DNA of 63,147 nucleotides, counting the filler, from Basidioascus undulatus (Eukaryota): NCBI GenBank assembly GCA_000826855.1. It is 7 parts of 7 records of this genome, joined end to end, with 100 filler letters (N's around TTAATTAATTAA, not from the genome) between each part and the next. Parts side by side here need not be neighbours in the genome. Positions count along the whole stretch, not along the records: positions 45,229 to 54,144 come from JTLS01001321.1; positions 54,245 to 63,147 come from JTLS01001322.1; 5 more parts are not named here. The stretch is one strand, 5' to 3'. Made by a program: the position numbers and the translations under genes. Shown here in pieces: positions 50,254-61,071 of this stretch. Below the pieces are notes generated by a model. That model was given only the letters and a program-made list of their open reading frames with translations, searched no databases and had not been told where the DNA came from. Numbering within the stretch: the stretch's first letter is position 1; each line of letters starts with the position of its first letter.

Positions 50254-51954
50254 CGCTGCTGCGGAGGGTCTATGGAGACTGTGTGGGTATCTTGGGGAGG
50301 CGTTGGATGGAGGAAGAGGGCAAGAAGGCCAGGAAAAGGTGCATTGGCTCCCTAGGGAGGCCCGTTCGGCCCGCAGTCCGTCGGCGTCGGCAAACCGGCA
50401 CGGCTACAGCCGGCTGCGGGTGATCTGCTCCTGCTCGGAGTCCCTCTTCGATGCTGCATCGACCAACCAGATACGAGCTGTTTGGAAACAAGTCTGTGAG
50501 AGTAACATAATATAGCCTCGGTGGTGTGTACTCGCTATGTGAGCGCAGAGGCACAAGGCCTGAAACCCAACGATGCCAATGCTTTCAGGCGAGGCTGCCA
50601 GCGGTGCGCTCCGTAAGAGCCTCACGTGGCATGACTGACGAGGATCAACCGAGAGCTCAATAAAGAAGGCTGGAAAAGTTACTGCGTCTTTGGACGCTCT
50701 CAAAGCACACGTACGCCTGGATGGGCGGTCGAAGCGTGTTGACGCGTTCACGAGAGCGGACGCGACGTGTGGACGTCAGTGCCGATGCGATCCCCTGTGA
50801 GTGAGAACAGCAGCCTGTGTAATCCGGAGAACACCCGGGCGTGCGATTTGAAAGAAGGCGAGCCGCCTCATACAAAACCCGAGTAACGGTTGAAGGCCCC
50901 TTGTGCGCCCTACCATCGAAGTAGTAGTTGGACGGGCCTGCGTTTGCTGACTGGAGGGACGTACGGTCATTCCGAGGGGTTCGAAGGCACAGCTCGCTTA
51001 GAGCATGTAAGTGCTTGGGCCGTAGTTTCATGTCCATGAAACGTTGTACGTGGGGAGACTTGGGAGCTAAGTAGGGGTGATGGGATACGAGAAGATGTTA
51101 TTGCCGCAGCCCGTGCGATCCGGAGAACGCACGGGCGTACGAAGCGCAAGGACTCTCTGAGCAACCGCTCCGTGGAGCCTTTACAACCCCAAAATATTCC
51201 CAGATCATCTGGAAAAGCTTGCACGAATAGCGGTGGAGAGGGAAACGTTTGCAGGAAGGGAAGCTCCGAAGAGTTTGTTGCACCGAAGTGCAAGTCAGTA
51301 GCGGCTCCGTAGAGCTGAAGTGGGCTGGAAACGAGTGGTGGAGAGATGTGGAGCTGAGACTGAGAAGGTAGGATAGGGAGATGATGGGTAAAGAGAAAGA
51401 GTGGCGAGTGGCGAGCGATGTGTTGAGGTGCGCGGATGCGGGTGACTGGAATGTGACGAATGTGGAGCTGAGACTGAGACTCAGATTTGCGCGTCGCTCG
51501 TTGAGGTTTGAAGTGGTATGTTTTAAATGAGTATACGGAATATTGTTGTTGGCTGTCGTATGGAAAGTCGAGAGAAGGTATCGATGCTCATGCGCAGCTT
51601 CGAGGCTGCATGACGCCCTCCTGCGACGCCCAAGCGGCTCCGTACAGACGCCAGATTCGGACCCTTAAGCGTGTTTCCGAGGTATATTGATTACCTTCTA
51701 TGTCTTGTCGTGGGTAACCAAGATACAAACATTCTCGAAGAACCCAAACACACCCACCCGTTGAGTGAACGTGCGCACAGCCTCAGCAGCTCTGCAGGTC
51801 GTAGTGTTTAACCCTAGATGAAGGTTATGGACGTCGACTCCGGTATTCGGGACCCGGCCAAAAAGTGCCTCACAATCCCCCTCCGGATGTAGAGGGGTAG
51901 GAGGCGAAAGGCAGTGTGCGTCTACGATTTGTCGCTGTGGGCCGCGGCGTGTTT

Positions 51955-52000
51955 TTCAGTCAAGAGCAGATAAGTTTCAGTCAAGAGCAGATAAGTTTCA
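51955..52000. repeat. Perfect 21-bp tandem duplication
   Basis: TTTCAGTCAAGAGCAGATAAG twice plus a partial copy. Confidence 0.9.
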
Positions 52001-53986
52001 TTCGTGCATCCAATGTTGCACAGATCGTAGACAACACAAGGTTGATGAGCAGTGGAGGCGTCGTCCTTGTAACTCGATCCAGGGCTCGAAGCTGGAAGTG
52101 GAGAGTTGGTGCTGGCCCTCCCCTCCTGTTGGGACTGAACGACCTTCTCGCCCTCCTGCCCTTTTCCACTGCTCTTTTTCTCCAGAGCGAGTTTGTTTTC
52201 TCATCAGGTTCTGGTCTTAAAAACCGTTCTAGACTGGGCATAGAGATCCGTCGTGTGCCTTCCTTCGCTGAGTGGGGACGACGATGGCACTTGGGTAGCC
52301 TCGCTCAGGATCAAAAAGCGTGGACGAGCGCAGTTAGACGAATGGGTTAGGAAAGAAAGCGTAGGGACAAAATGAACAGGGATACCACCAACACCCGCCG
52401 GAGTGCCAAACTGCGCAAAGCATTCGTCGTTAGATCGGTGCGCACATCAGGCCTGCGGAGACGTTCTTCCAGCAGATCCCTCCCAAGAGAACAGCCGAGC
52501 CCGGTGACTTGGACTGTGATTTCACATGCGCTATCTATGAGCGCATACCCAACGAAGCGCATACCGAAAGAGTCTCTGGATACTTTCCCAAACTCTGTGT
52601 CACTGTAGCAGTCCAGGGTGAAACGACAGGGCCCGGCAGCCTGGACGCCGACATGACGAGGATGACCGGAGTTGCGCATGACAAGAAGACGAGTTCTCAG
52701 TCTAATGACGTTCTCTTGCCTCTTGCCTCTCATCCCCCTTCATTCCCACGAAATGAACACGTATGGCAGAACAGGCTCACATGGCCCTGTAGGGGTTCGA
52801 AGCGTGAGAAGAAACACGAGACGCCGGAGGAGCTCACTGATCAGGGGCAGGCCACGCGACTTTCATTTGGCGCTGGCGCTGCGCTCTGAAACGATTCGTC
52901 GGTTACATCAGCGTCCTCTGAACGTTGATTTTTGTGTGATGAGTGATGACCTACGGTTTCTCGGGCTCGCATCGGCTGCTTGCGAGTGAAAGTGCGAACG
53001 CGCATGAAAGTCCGGGAAGAGGCTCCTGAGCAGGTTGGGCGGAGCCCGCGCTGCCGCCCCGGGCGACATCCAAGCTGTCAAGCCGTCGGGCTTTCGCTCC
53101 CGAACGTCCACTTCGGAGAGTTGAAAACAAGGTGAACGAGGAAGATTGGTTTTTTTTTTGTGCTTACATTAGCACAATAAAAAAGACGAACCGTTGTTTG
53201 GGCGAGGACTTGCGAGGAGGAGAAGATGCTCGTGCGCATGGCAAGGAGGAACTGACGCAAAGGCGCAAAAGCGGCAAAAGCGGCAGACTTCCCAACCGTT
53301 TCAGGGCCCGTGCGCCAGCTCGACCTGCGACGGCGAGGGCGCTTGGTTTCGCGTTTCGACCCTCCTTGTCCCCTCCCCCTTCGTCTCATCATTTACTCAA
53401 GCTTTCTCTTCCTGGGCCCCAGGCTCATCGAAGTCGCTCGCTCCGATACAAACAAACAAACAAAAAACAAGACTGCAGCGTAGCAGTCGTGTGATGTGCG
53501 TTGGTTTGGGCCACTTTGCGTTTCAGCTGGCAGAGTTCGAGGGCGTCAAGTCTGACCGCATCCCATCCTCGTCCTCGGCTGCCTTCGCGTCTTCGCTCCT
53601 CGCCGGTGCTCGCTGTTACAGATTCCATCTGGGATTCCACTCTGCGCGTTTCTCTTGGACAGTCGCCACCGTCGTCCCGCCGTCGCAGGTCGCGCTCCTG
53701 CACTCATCTCGTATAGCCATCAGTCCAGCCTACGCACTCGTTCCCTCCCTCGCCTCGTATCGCCCCTGGCCTCGCCGCGCATCCCCCTCAGACGAGTTAC
53801 ACTTTGGAGCACACCCGCGCCCCTTCCCCCATCTCCGGCACATCTAGTCTATACACTCCCCGGCCACCCAGCAGCAGCACGCCTCAGCACTCAGGCACCG
53901 ACGCCCGTTCATTCATTCACCCGCGTCCCCAGTCCCATCCCCGCCACCGCAGCTGGGCGCACCCGCTCGCTCGCACGCTCGTCGTG

Positions 53987-54144
53987 ATGATGGACCAGCA
54001 TCAACCGCCACAGCAGCAGGGCGACGCCGGCGCTGGCACCTCTGCCCATCCCCACGCGCTCCCGCACCACCTCGCGCACCCGCACCACCTCGCGCACCCG
54101 CACCACCTCGCGCAGCCGCACCACCTCGCGCAGCCGCACCCGCC
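53987..54144 (+). CDS. 5' end of a His/Pro/Gln-rich protein (possibly a transcription regulator), truncated at contig end
   Basis: MMDQHQPPQQQGDAGAGTSAHPHALPHHLAHPHHLAHPHHLAQPHHLAQPHP after a pyrimidine-rich leader. Confidence 0.55.
54062..54141 (+). repeat. 18-bp coding minisatellite (PHHLA[H/Q]) x4
   Basis: CCGCACCACCTCGCGCA[C/G] repeated four times plus a partial copy. Confidence 0.9.
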
Positions 54145-54244
54145 NNNNNNNNNNNNNNNNNNNNNNNNNNNNNNNNNNNNNNNNNNNNTTAATTAATTAA
54201 NNNNNNNNNNNNNNNNNNNNNNNNNNNNNNNNNNNNNNNNNNNN
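54145..54244. other. Artificial contig spacer
   Basis: Same 100-nt linker. Confidence 0.98.
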
Positions 54245-54315
54245 AGAAGAAATATGATGAAAAGAAGAAGGATGACAAGAAGGACGACAAGAAGAAGGAT
54301 GAGAAAAAGTACTAA
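54245..54315 (+). CDS. 3' end of a Lys/Asp-rich repeat protein
   Basis: KKYDEKKKDDKKDDKKKDEKKY* from the contig start. Confidence 0.65.
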
Positions 54316-56475
54316 TCGGTGCGTTGTAATATTGTGTGATGTGATGCTCCACGTGGAAAACTCAAAAACATACCGATCTCAACCAGCAGGTGTGGCACGC
54401 GGTGCAGCTTCAGCGAGGATTGTTACTGCATGATCTTTTTACATAAAGGAGGGTAGGTTCATAATATGATGCCTTGCACATGCACGATGTTGCTGCAGGC
54501 TGCTACCCCCTATGTCTGCAGCCTCTTCCCGGTAGATGTCGCCTTGAAGAATTCTGAGACATGGCTTCTACCAGTGAACTTCGTGATATTATGTGGCAAT
54601 TGTTGTTAATGGAGTATCGCTAGTCACCGCCTCGCGCAACCAGTGCTTCACTTTCGGGGAGGGCATCGTCACAATCCATTCATTCTCGGAGCTAGGGCAG
54701 GTGCAGGGGATGGGGAGAGAGGCAGAAGCACTAGAAAGCGAGCGAGGCGGTTGAGAAGCGGGGTTGTGAAAGGGTGGGGACGATTGAAATATGGACGCAA
54801 TGCAGGGTATCGCTCGTTGCAGGTCCGACGTCAATCTCCTGACCCCAAGTCTCGAGACAAAGAATAAGTAAGTAACACCTAACACTTCCAATCCCGCGGC
54901 ACTTCAGGATAGCACCGCTCTACGGAGCTGTGGCAGCGTGCCTTGAGTCCGTTCAACACACGCACTCTCTGCAGATCGCTCGGCATCCCGCTTCGTTCTC
55001 CTTCCCGCCCAAAAATAGAAGTAAAAGATTCAATAATCAGGGCCTCCCTCCTGTAACATACCCTCACACAGAACACTTTACACGAGACACACACCTTACA
55101 CTAAACACCTACACACGACCCCTATGCAAGACGTCTCCCCACGGAATGTCTATCGACGCGGCTATGCCAATCATGTCGAGCTCGTACCTGAGGGAAGCTC
55201 CCCCTTCCCCGTTAGTGAGGAAGTACACCACCTTGTCACCTACCCTGTCCTTAACCCTGACTGCATTCTCGCTCCAAGTCTCTGTCGTGAGCCTTGCGTA
55301 TACCATGGCCACCCGTACTAGCGAGGGCCACTCTGGGGCCCAACCGGGGTTGTCTGCTCAAGGTAGTTTTGAAACCCCACGCGCCCGTGCTTCGGTCACG
55401 GCCAGTCCCCGGCGCCAACAAGTTCACTGGGGGCACCTGCCGAGCGGCGGCCTTGACGTGCACGCCCTCGCTTTCTGTTCTTGAAGTGGGGCATCGCGCT
55501 GAGGATCCGGCGGCGGAGCGGCTGCGCGCGGCATGCGAAGCGGCGGAGGTGGACTTGCGTGGTAGTCGGTAGAAACACTGGAAAGGGACGCAGTTGGCAG
55601 CACTATGGGGTTCGCATTGCACATGCAGACACTCACTCGAGCATGACAATATAGGCGTTTGGCTTACGAGGTGCTCCAAGCCACCTAGGTATCTCCGACC
55701 ATAGGACAGGTTTGATGTCCGTCATGATCAGCCGGCTAAGAGCGGCAGACTCGACGTTGCACTCCACTTGAATCCATAGAGCATGCGTACGCGTACGGTC
55801 TTCCCGGCCTGCGTCTCCCGGCCCAAACACAACCAGAACTGAATTTTAGTTGAATCAAATGGGATAGGCAGATATAACAAAGAGAAGAAAGAGTGAGGGG
55901 AGGGACGGATCGGCGTGGAATGGGGTGCAGCCGTCACTCGGCCTCTTGTCGAAGTAGCGGAGACGCTCGAGCATGGCATCAACAATCCAGTGGTTTCTAT
56001 CGTTTTTTCTTCTTTGGTCTCTTGCGCAACCAACTCTAGACTACGTTTCTTGCAATTGGCCTTTGTTTAACCTAGTCAGCGCTTTGCCGCGGAAGCGTAT
56101 CAGCGACGTGAATCATGGACGCGGACTCCGAGGATATGCGGAATCACCCACGAAATCAAGGCTCTGATTTGGATTGAGAGCAAAGTGGGTAAGCTTTCGT
56201 GCTGCTGGTCGCACTCTCGAACGATGCATCACGCACACAGTACTTTCGAGCGTAACAATTGCCGCAGACCTTCAGCTCGGATGGCAGCGCCACTCGACCG
56301 CAAGCCCCGCAGGCTGTATAGTCTGAGGACGAAACATCTGCAATTTTTTATTTTTCAATAACCTGGACCACACATCAAGCCAGATCGACAGAGGAATCCC
56401 TACGCACTACTGGCCGACAATGAGCGTCGACAAACTACATCCATTGTGTGGGCGTCCAGCGTACCCTTGGACTTA

Positions 56476-56700
56476 CTTAAAAACGAACTCCACGAATGGC
56501 GCATTGTCGGGTTCAAGGCGTGTAATCTGCCTCGAGTGCGTCGACGCCTTGCCACGTCGGCCCGAGTTTTGCGCCGCTGCCGCAGGCTCCGGGACGGCCT
56601 CCCCGAGCCTTTCGGACCCATCCACTCCATCCGCGTCAGCCTTTCCGCTCGCGTCGAAGGCAAGGAAAGCGAACGCACGCGACCTGGTGGCTCCTCGCCT
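56476..56700 (-). pseudogene. Fragment resembling the C-terminal part of fungal DUF7918-type proteins
   Basis: ..RLGEAVPEP...ITRLEPDNAPFVEFVFK matches the DxPFxxFxF(R/K)Y motif as I recall it. The 5' part is missing. Confidence 0.35.
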
Positions 56701-56711
56701 TTTTTGAATCG

Positions 56712-56860
56712 ACCGCGGCGCCAAGGTCTTACCAAGCTCGACCTCCGCAACACCTACAACTTCCTTCGCATCAAGCCCGGTGACGAGTGAAACCCATCTT
56801 TCACACCCGTTACGGCCACTTCGAGTGTCTCGTCATGCCCTTCAGTCTCACCAACGCTCT
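56712..56860 (+). mobile_element. Ty3/gypsy LTR-retrotransposon reverse transcriptase relic
   Basis: RGAKV(fs)[39 protein letters not shown], against the consensus FTKLDLRxAYxxxRIxxGDEWKTAFRTRYGHFEYxVMPFGLTNAP. Confidence 0.92.
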
Positions 56861-57032
56861 TCTACCGCTCAAATTAAGAGATGCAAAGACTGTATGCTCT
56901 TCACCTTGAGGAGCTTCCCATCTGCCATCCTGTGGATTGCTAGCTGAATGCATCCTCACCTTGCGAATAGTATAGCATGCTCCTGCCTCCGCTGAACCAT
57001 CCGCTGTTTGTGGTATCTTCTCTTCTGAGCTC

Positions 57033-57040
57033 TATATAAA
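57033..57040 (+). promoter_or_regulatory. TATA box of the Lys/Asp-rich secreted protein gene
   Basis: TATATAAA about 125 nt upstream of the ATG at 57164, followed by a CT-rich tract. Confidence 0.65.
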
Positions 57041-57163
57041 CCGCCCGAGCGGCCCTCCCTCGCTCACCATCATCCATCTCCTTCACACACCCGCATTCCA
57101 ATTAATACCCAGTCTTCCTCCGTCTGCCTTCCAATACTTCAATTTATTTCATATCCAATCATC

Positions 57164-58363
57164 ATGCCTCTCACCACTCTCCACGCCCTCCCCCTTCTCT
57201 TCCTCGTCGCCGGGAGCGTCATCGCCGCCCCGCAGCACGACGCCGACGACGGGCTTTCGCGCAAGAACGACCGTGACGACAAAGACTTCAACAAGAACAC
57301 AAAGAACGTCACTGTCACGACGAGGAAGACTGGTAGGCCCACTTCGCTAAATGAGCCCTTCTTACAGATGCTGAAGCTACTAATATAGCGTCCACCACGG
57401 TCAAGGTATATACTCATGAGAATTTGTCGGGAGGGGAGGGTCGAGCAAGGGGAGGAGCTAGGGCTGAAAGGTTTCCATTTTTCTAGCCCATACTACCACT
57501 ACCAAGACGGTAACGGTCACCAAGACCGAGACCAAGGAGAAGGAGCCGGAGAGTCATCCGTTCAATAAATGTATCCCACAGAGTCTCTGACGACAACCTT
57601 GTTGGCTTTGCAGAAGGAAACCGGCAAGATGAGGTAAGCAGCCGATGTTTTAACGCTGCTGTTCTGAAGACCATTGCTGATCGCACTTAATGTATGGAAA
57701 TCACAGAGGGAAGACGAGGACCGCAAGGACTCTAAGTCCAAGAGGAGCTACAAGGAGTGGGACCGCAAAGAGAAGGACGTCAAGGACAAGAGCCACAAAG
57801 ACCGGGATGACAAGGACCGGGACGTCAAGGATAAGAGCCGCAACGACCGAGATGACAAGGAGGGGGGCGTCAAGGACAAGGGCCATGTGGAGTGGGAGGA
57901 CGACGAGGACTACGGGGGAAGGACAAGAAGGGTGAGTTTCTGAAGCAGCGAGCTTTCGGTTCGGTTTGAACGAGCACTGAACCTGGCGGTCTTTATTATC
58001 TTCATATATCAAGGAGAAGAGGAAGAAAGTCGCTGAGAAAAAGGGTGAGCATTTTGCACAGAAACACGCATCCAAAGAGATTGAACTCTACTGGGCTTTC
58101 CACTTCCATTGTGCCTTAGAAGACAAGAAGGAGAAGGACGACAACTACTCAGATGACAAGAAGGACTACGGCAAGAAGAAGGAATCCTGGGATGACAAGA
58201 AGGACTACTCGAAGGAGCGCGACGACGAGAAGGACGAGGAGAAGGACGAGCGTGAGGCCTTGCACACGCGGTTTGTGAAAGTTGCTCGAAGTTCTATCCG
58301 CACACATCAGTGCCCTTAACCTTTATCTGCCTGCTCTCTTGCGCCCCACCCGCACAGCCTTGA
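57164..58363 (+). CDS. Secreted Lys/Asp/Glu-rich repeat protein (~8 exons), possibly disrupted
   Basis: Signal peptide MPLTTLHALPLLFLVAGSVIAAP, Thr/Val tracts (VTVTTRKT, TTTTKTVTVTKTET), repeats KEKDVKDKSHKDRDD / KDRDVKDKSRNDRDD / KEGGVKDKGHVEWEDD, and DDKKDY twice. The exon phases do not reconcile cleanly. Confidence 0.7.
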
Positions 58364-58713
58364 GCAAATTTTGGGACTGGCAACTGGGCTGAACTGTGTG
58401 CACTGACTGCAGTGCCAGTGCCATGGCTGCCGCAGTGCCACACGACGATCAGGACGGTTTATTCAGCTGAGGACAATGGTAAGTAGAGTGAAGTGACGGG
58501 AAGTGCCTCAAGGGACAGCGGACTCATCCGGCTACTGAAGGCGGTTTTTTGCGGTTTCAAACGCTGCGTTTCTCTGTGTAGCATTGAGCAACAGGCGGTA
58601 TGACTGTCGCCAGCACCTCCCGGGCAGCAGTGAAACAATTGAAGGACGGCCATCACAGTACACAGACGATATTATCTACCACAGACAGCTATGAAGCACG
58701 ATCCAGCCTCCCC

Positions 58714-61071
58714 TCAGACCGTAGTGTGCTTCGAGCATGCGCGCAGCTCAGGTCCGTACTTTATGAGGACCTGATAGAAGAGGTAAAAGGGTGAGCTTCT
58801 GATGCTTCTTATAGTGCAGATATTTCAGCTGGAGGGTACGCACCCAAAGCGCGGGGACCATAAGTGCAGCCAGCCCGGCGAGAAGCAACGAGCCGCCGCC
58901 CAAGCCGAGGCGGTCGAACAACGCCCTTCCGAACAGCCTGCATCAAGGGCTTTCAGCAAGTCTGGCCATCTAAAATAAGGATGAAGGGAATGAAGGGCTT
59001 GGGACGTACGGAAAGCCCGCGGCGGTCGTGCTACGGAAGAAGTCGTTCCCGGCGAGGAGCGAGGCGGCGTACTTGGGGTAGGACATGGGGAGGTACATGA
59101 AGGCGCATTGGAAGAAAATAAATACTCTGATAGTCATTTCAGCTAGTGAAACTTTGAGAAGGTGTTTGAGATAGATGGAAGACTCACCCAGGAACGTAAA
59201 GCGCTGCGCCGACGGTCGGTAGGATCCAATGGATAGAAGCCCTTGCAGTCCAGCCTGTCCGATCCCGCCGAATTAGCGCAAAACCTCAAATGCCCAACAT
59301 CAAAAAGCGCTCGTACCGAAGATGAGCAAGCTAGTCGGAATCAGCGGCCCCATCCACAGCGCGAGCTCAAGCCGCTTCTCGGGCGTGATCCCGCCGTCGC
59401 GCTCGTAGAGCGGCTCGATGTACTTGATGTTGTACCACAGCCAGAATGGGTAGGTGAGGACGCCGGCGGCGATAATGCCGAGGAAGGGGAGCCCTGCTTG
59501 GCCGAGGTTGAAGTGGTGCACTTCGATGTAGACGATGGGAAAGGACTCGAACCAGACTGCAGCCGGGGGAGGTCGCTGCGTCAGTATGGTGGACGGCGAA
59601 TTGCAGGGAGAGGAAGAGGGGACGGACGGTAGAAGAGGGCGTAGGTGACTTTGCAGAGCCAGAAAAGTAAGCATCTGGACATCCTCGCCAGATTTGAGAC
59701 GGACACACGCGCGATGTAAGTGTTCAAAAACAGCACCCCCGGCTCCAGCGCGAGCTGAAACGGTCTCCACAGCGCCTCGACCGCGACCTCCCTGACAGTC
59801 ATGGCAACTTGCCCAATCTCACTCTCGGACCGTAGCTCTCATCGCCGGTGCGGGCGCGCAAGCGCCGCGCCTTGCGAAGGAGGATCGTCGGCGTGTGCGT
59901 TTCGGGGAGGGTGAAGGTCAGGACGAGGAGCGCGAAGGCTGACACCCAGAAGAGCTCCCAGAGCGGCCAACGCCAGCCATTTGCTTGGGCGGCGAAGTTG
60001 CCCTGGGGGAGGGGGACATTGTTAGTGGGGAGGGAGACGTTGTTAGTGGGGAGGGGGACGTTGTTAGTGGGGAGGTGAAGGGAGTAAGGTGAAAGAGGAC
60101 GCACTACGACGGGACCGAGAACGGGCCCGGCAACGGCTGCGCCCGCCCAGAGTCCCATCACGTAAGGGAGGTATTTCTCTGACACCCTGCTCACAAACCT
60201 ATCAGTGAGCTCGACAGCGACCATGTGAAAACTCAATATCACAGACATATCCGAAAGCGAAGCTCCGCCCGTCGCGAGCGCCGGCGAGCTGATGAAGCCG
60301 GTGATGAAACGCAGGACGAGCAGTGCGGGCATGCTTTCCGCGAGGGCAGCCGGGATCTGAAGGACAGCGAAGAGGAAGATAGTAGGGATCTAGACAGAGT
60401 TGCGCCCAACGATCGGGATCTCGGAAAGGGGCGAGAGGAACTGAGGAGCAAAGCGCACCCGTGAGCTTCGATCCTGTCAAGCGCGTTGAGGAAGCAGGGA
60501 AATGCACCATCGGACCGATCCCGTACGCCAGGACAAAGAGCGAGAGTCCGAGAGTCGCGACGGCTTGGGACACGTCGAAGTCTTCCATGAGGCTCGGGAT
60601 GGAGGAGGTGTAGACCGCGGAGCCGATGTAAACGGAGAAGGTGAGGAGGCAGATGAGGCTCGTGACGAAGGTCTTTTTGCCGGTGCTCCAGTTCCTTTCG
60701 CTCCCGCAGTGTCAATGACTGACATTCCGGCTAAGATCCTGCTAGAATTAGAGGACTCACTTTGGGTTGTCCGGGTCGTCAGGCCCGTCGAATGTAACGA
60801 GAAACGGGTCGTTCTCGAGTTCAGGCTCCGCATCCTTCGAAACCCCCATACCCTCTTTTCCCACCTCCTTCTTGATCTCCCCATCTGTTGCGTCTCCATC
60901 ATTACCCACAGCGAGGTTCTTCGCCCACACAATGGGCGGCTCGAGCGACACCGACGTGGCGGGGGTGAATGTCCACCCCCCTGGGCGCTGCTCCGGGTAT
61001 GGGAGCAGCCGGCCGGAGGAGAAGTAGTTGATCGCTTGGCCTACGACAGTCTCCCGGAAGAGAGCGCTCAT
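58714..61071 (-). CDS. MFS drug:H+ antiporter (DHA1; Flr1/Caf5-like) with one frameshift
   Basis: [108 protein letters not shown]. One base is missing at ~59832. Confidence 0.92.
60005..60075. repeat. 21-bp minisatellite inside an MFS intron
   Basis: GGGGAGGG[G/A]GAC[A/G]TTGTTAGT, about 3.3 copies. Confidence 0.9.

Noticed and set aside
53987..54315. One gene with a His-rich start and Lys/Asp-rich end spanning the gap
   Set aside because: The spacer is artificial and the two compositions are unrelated
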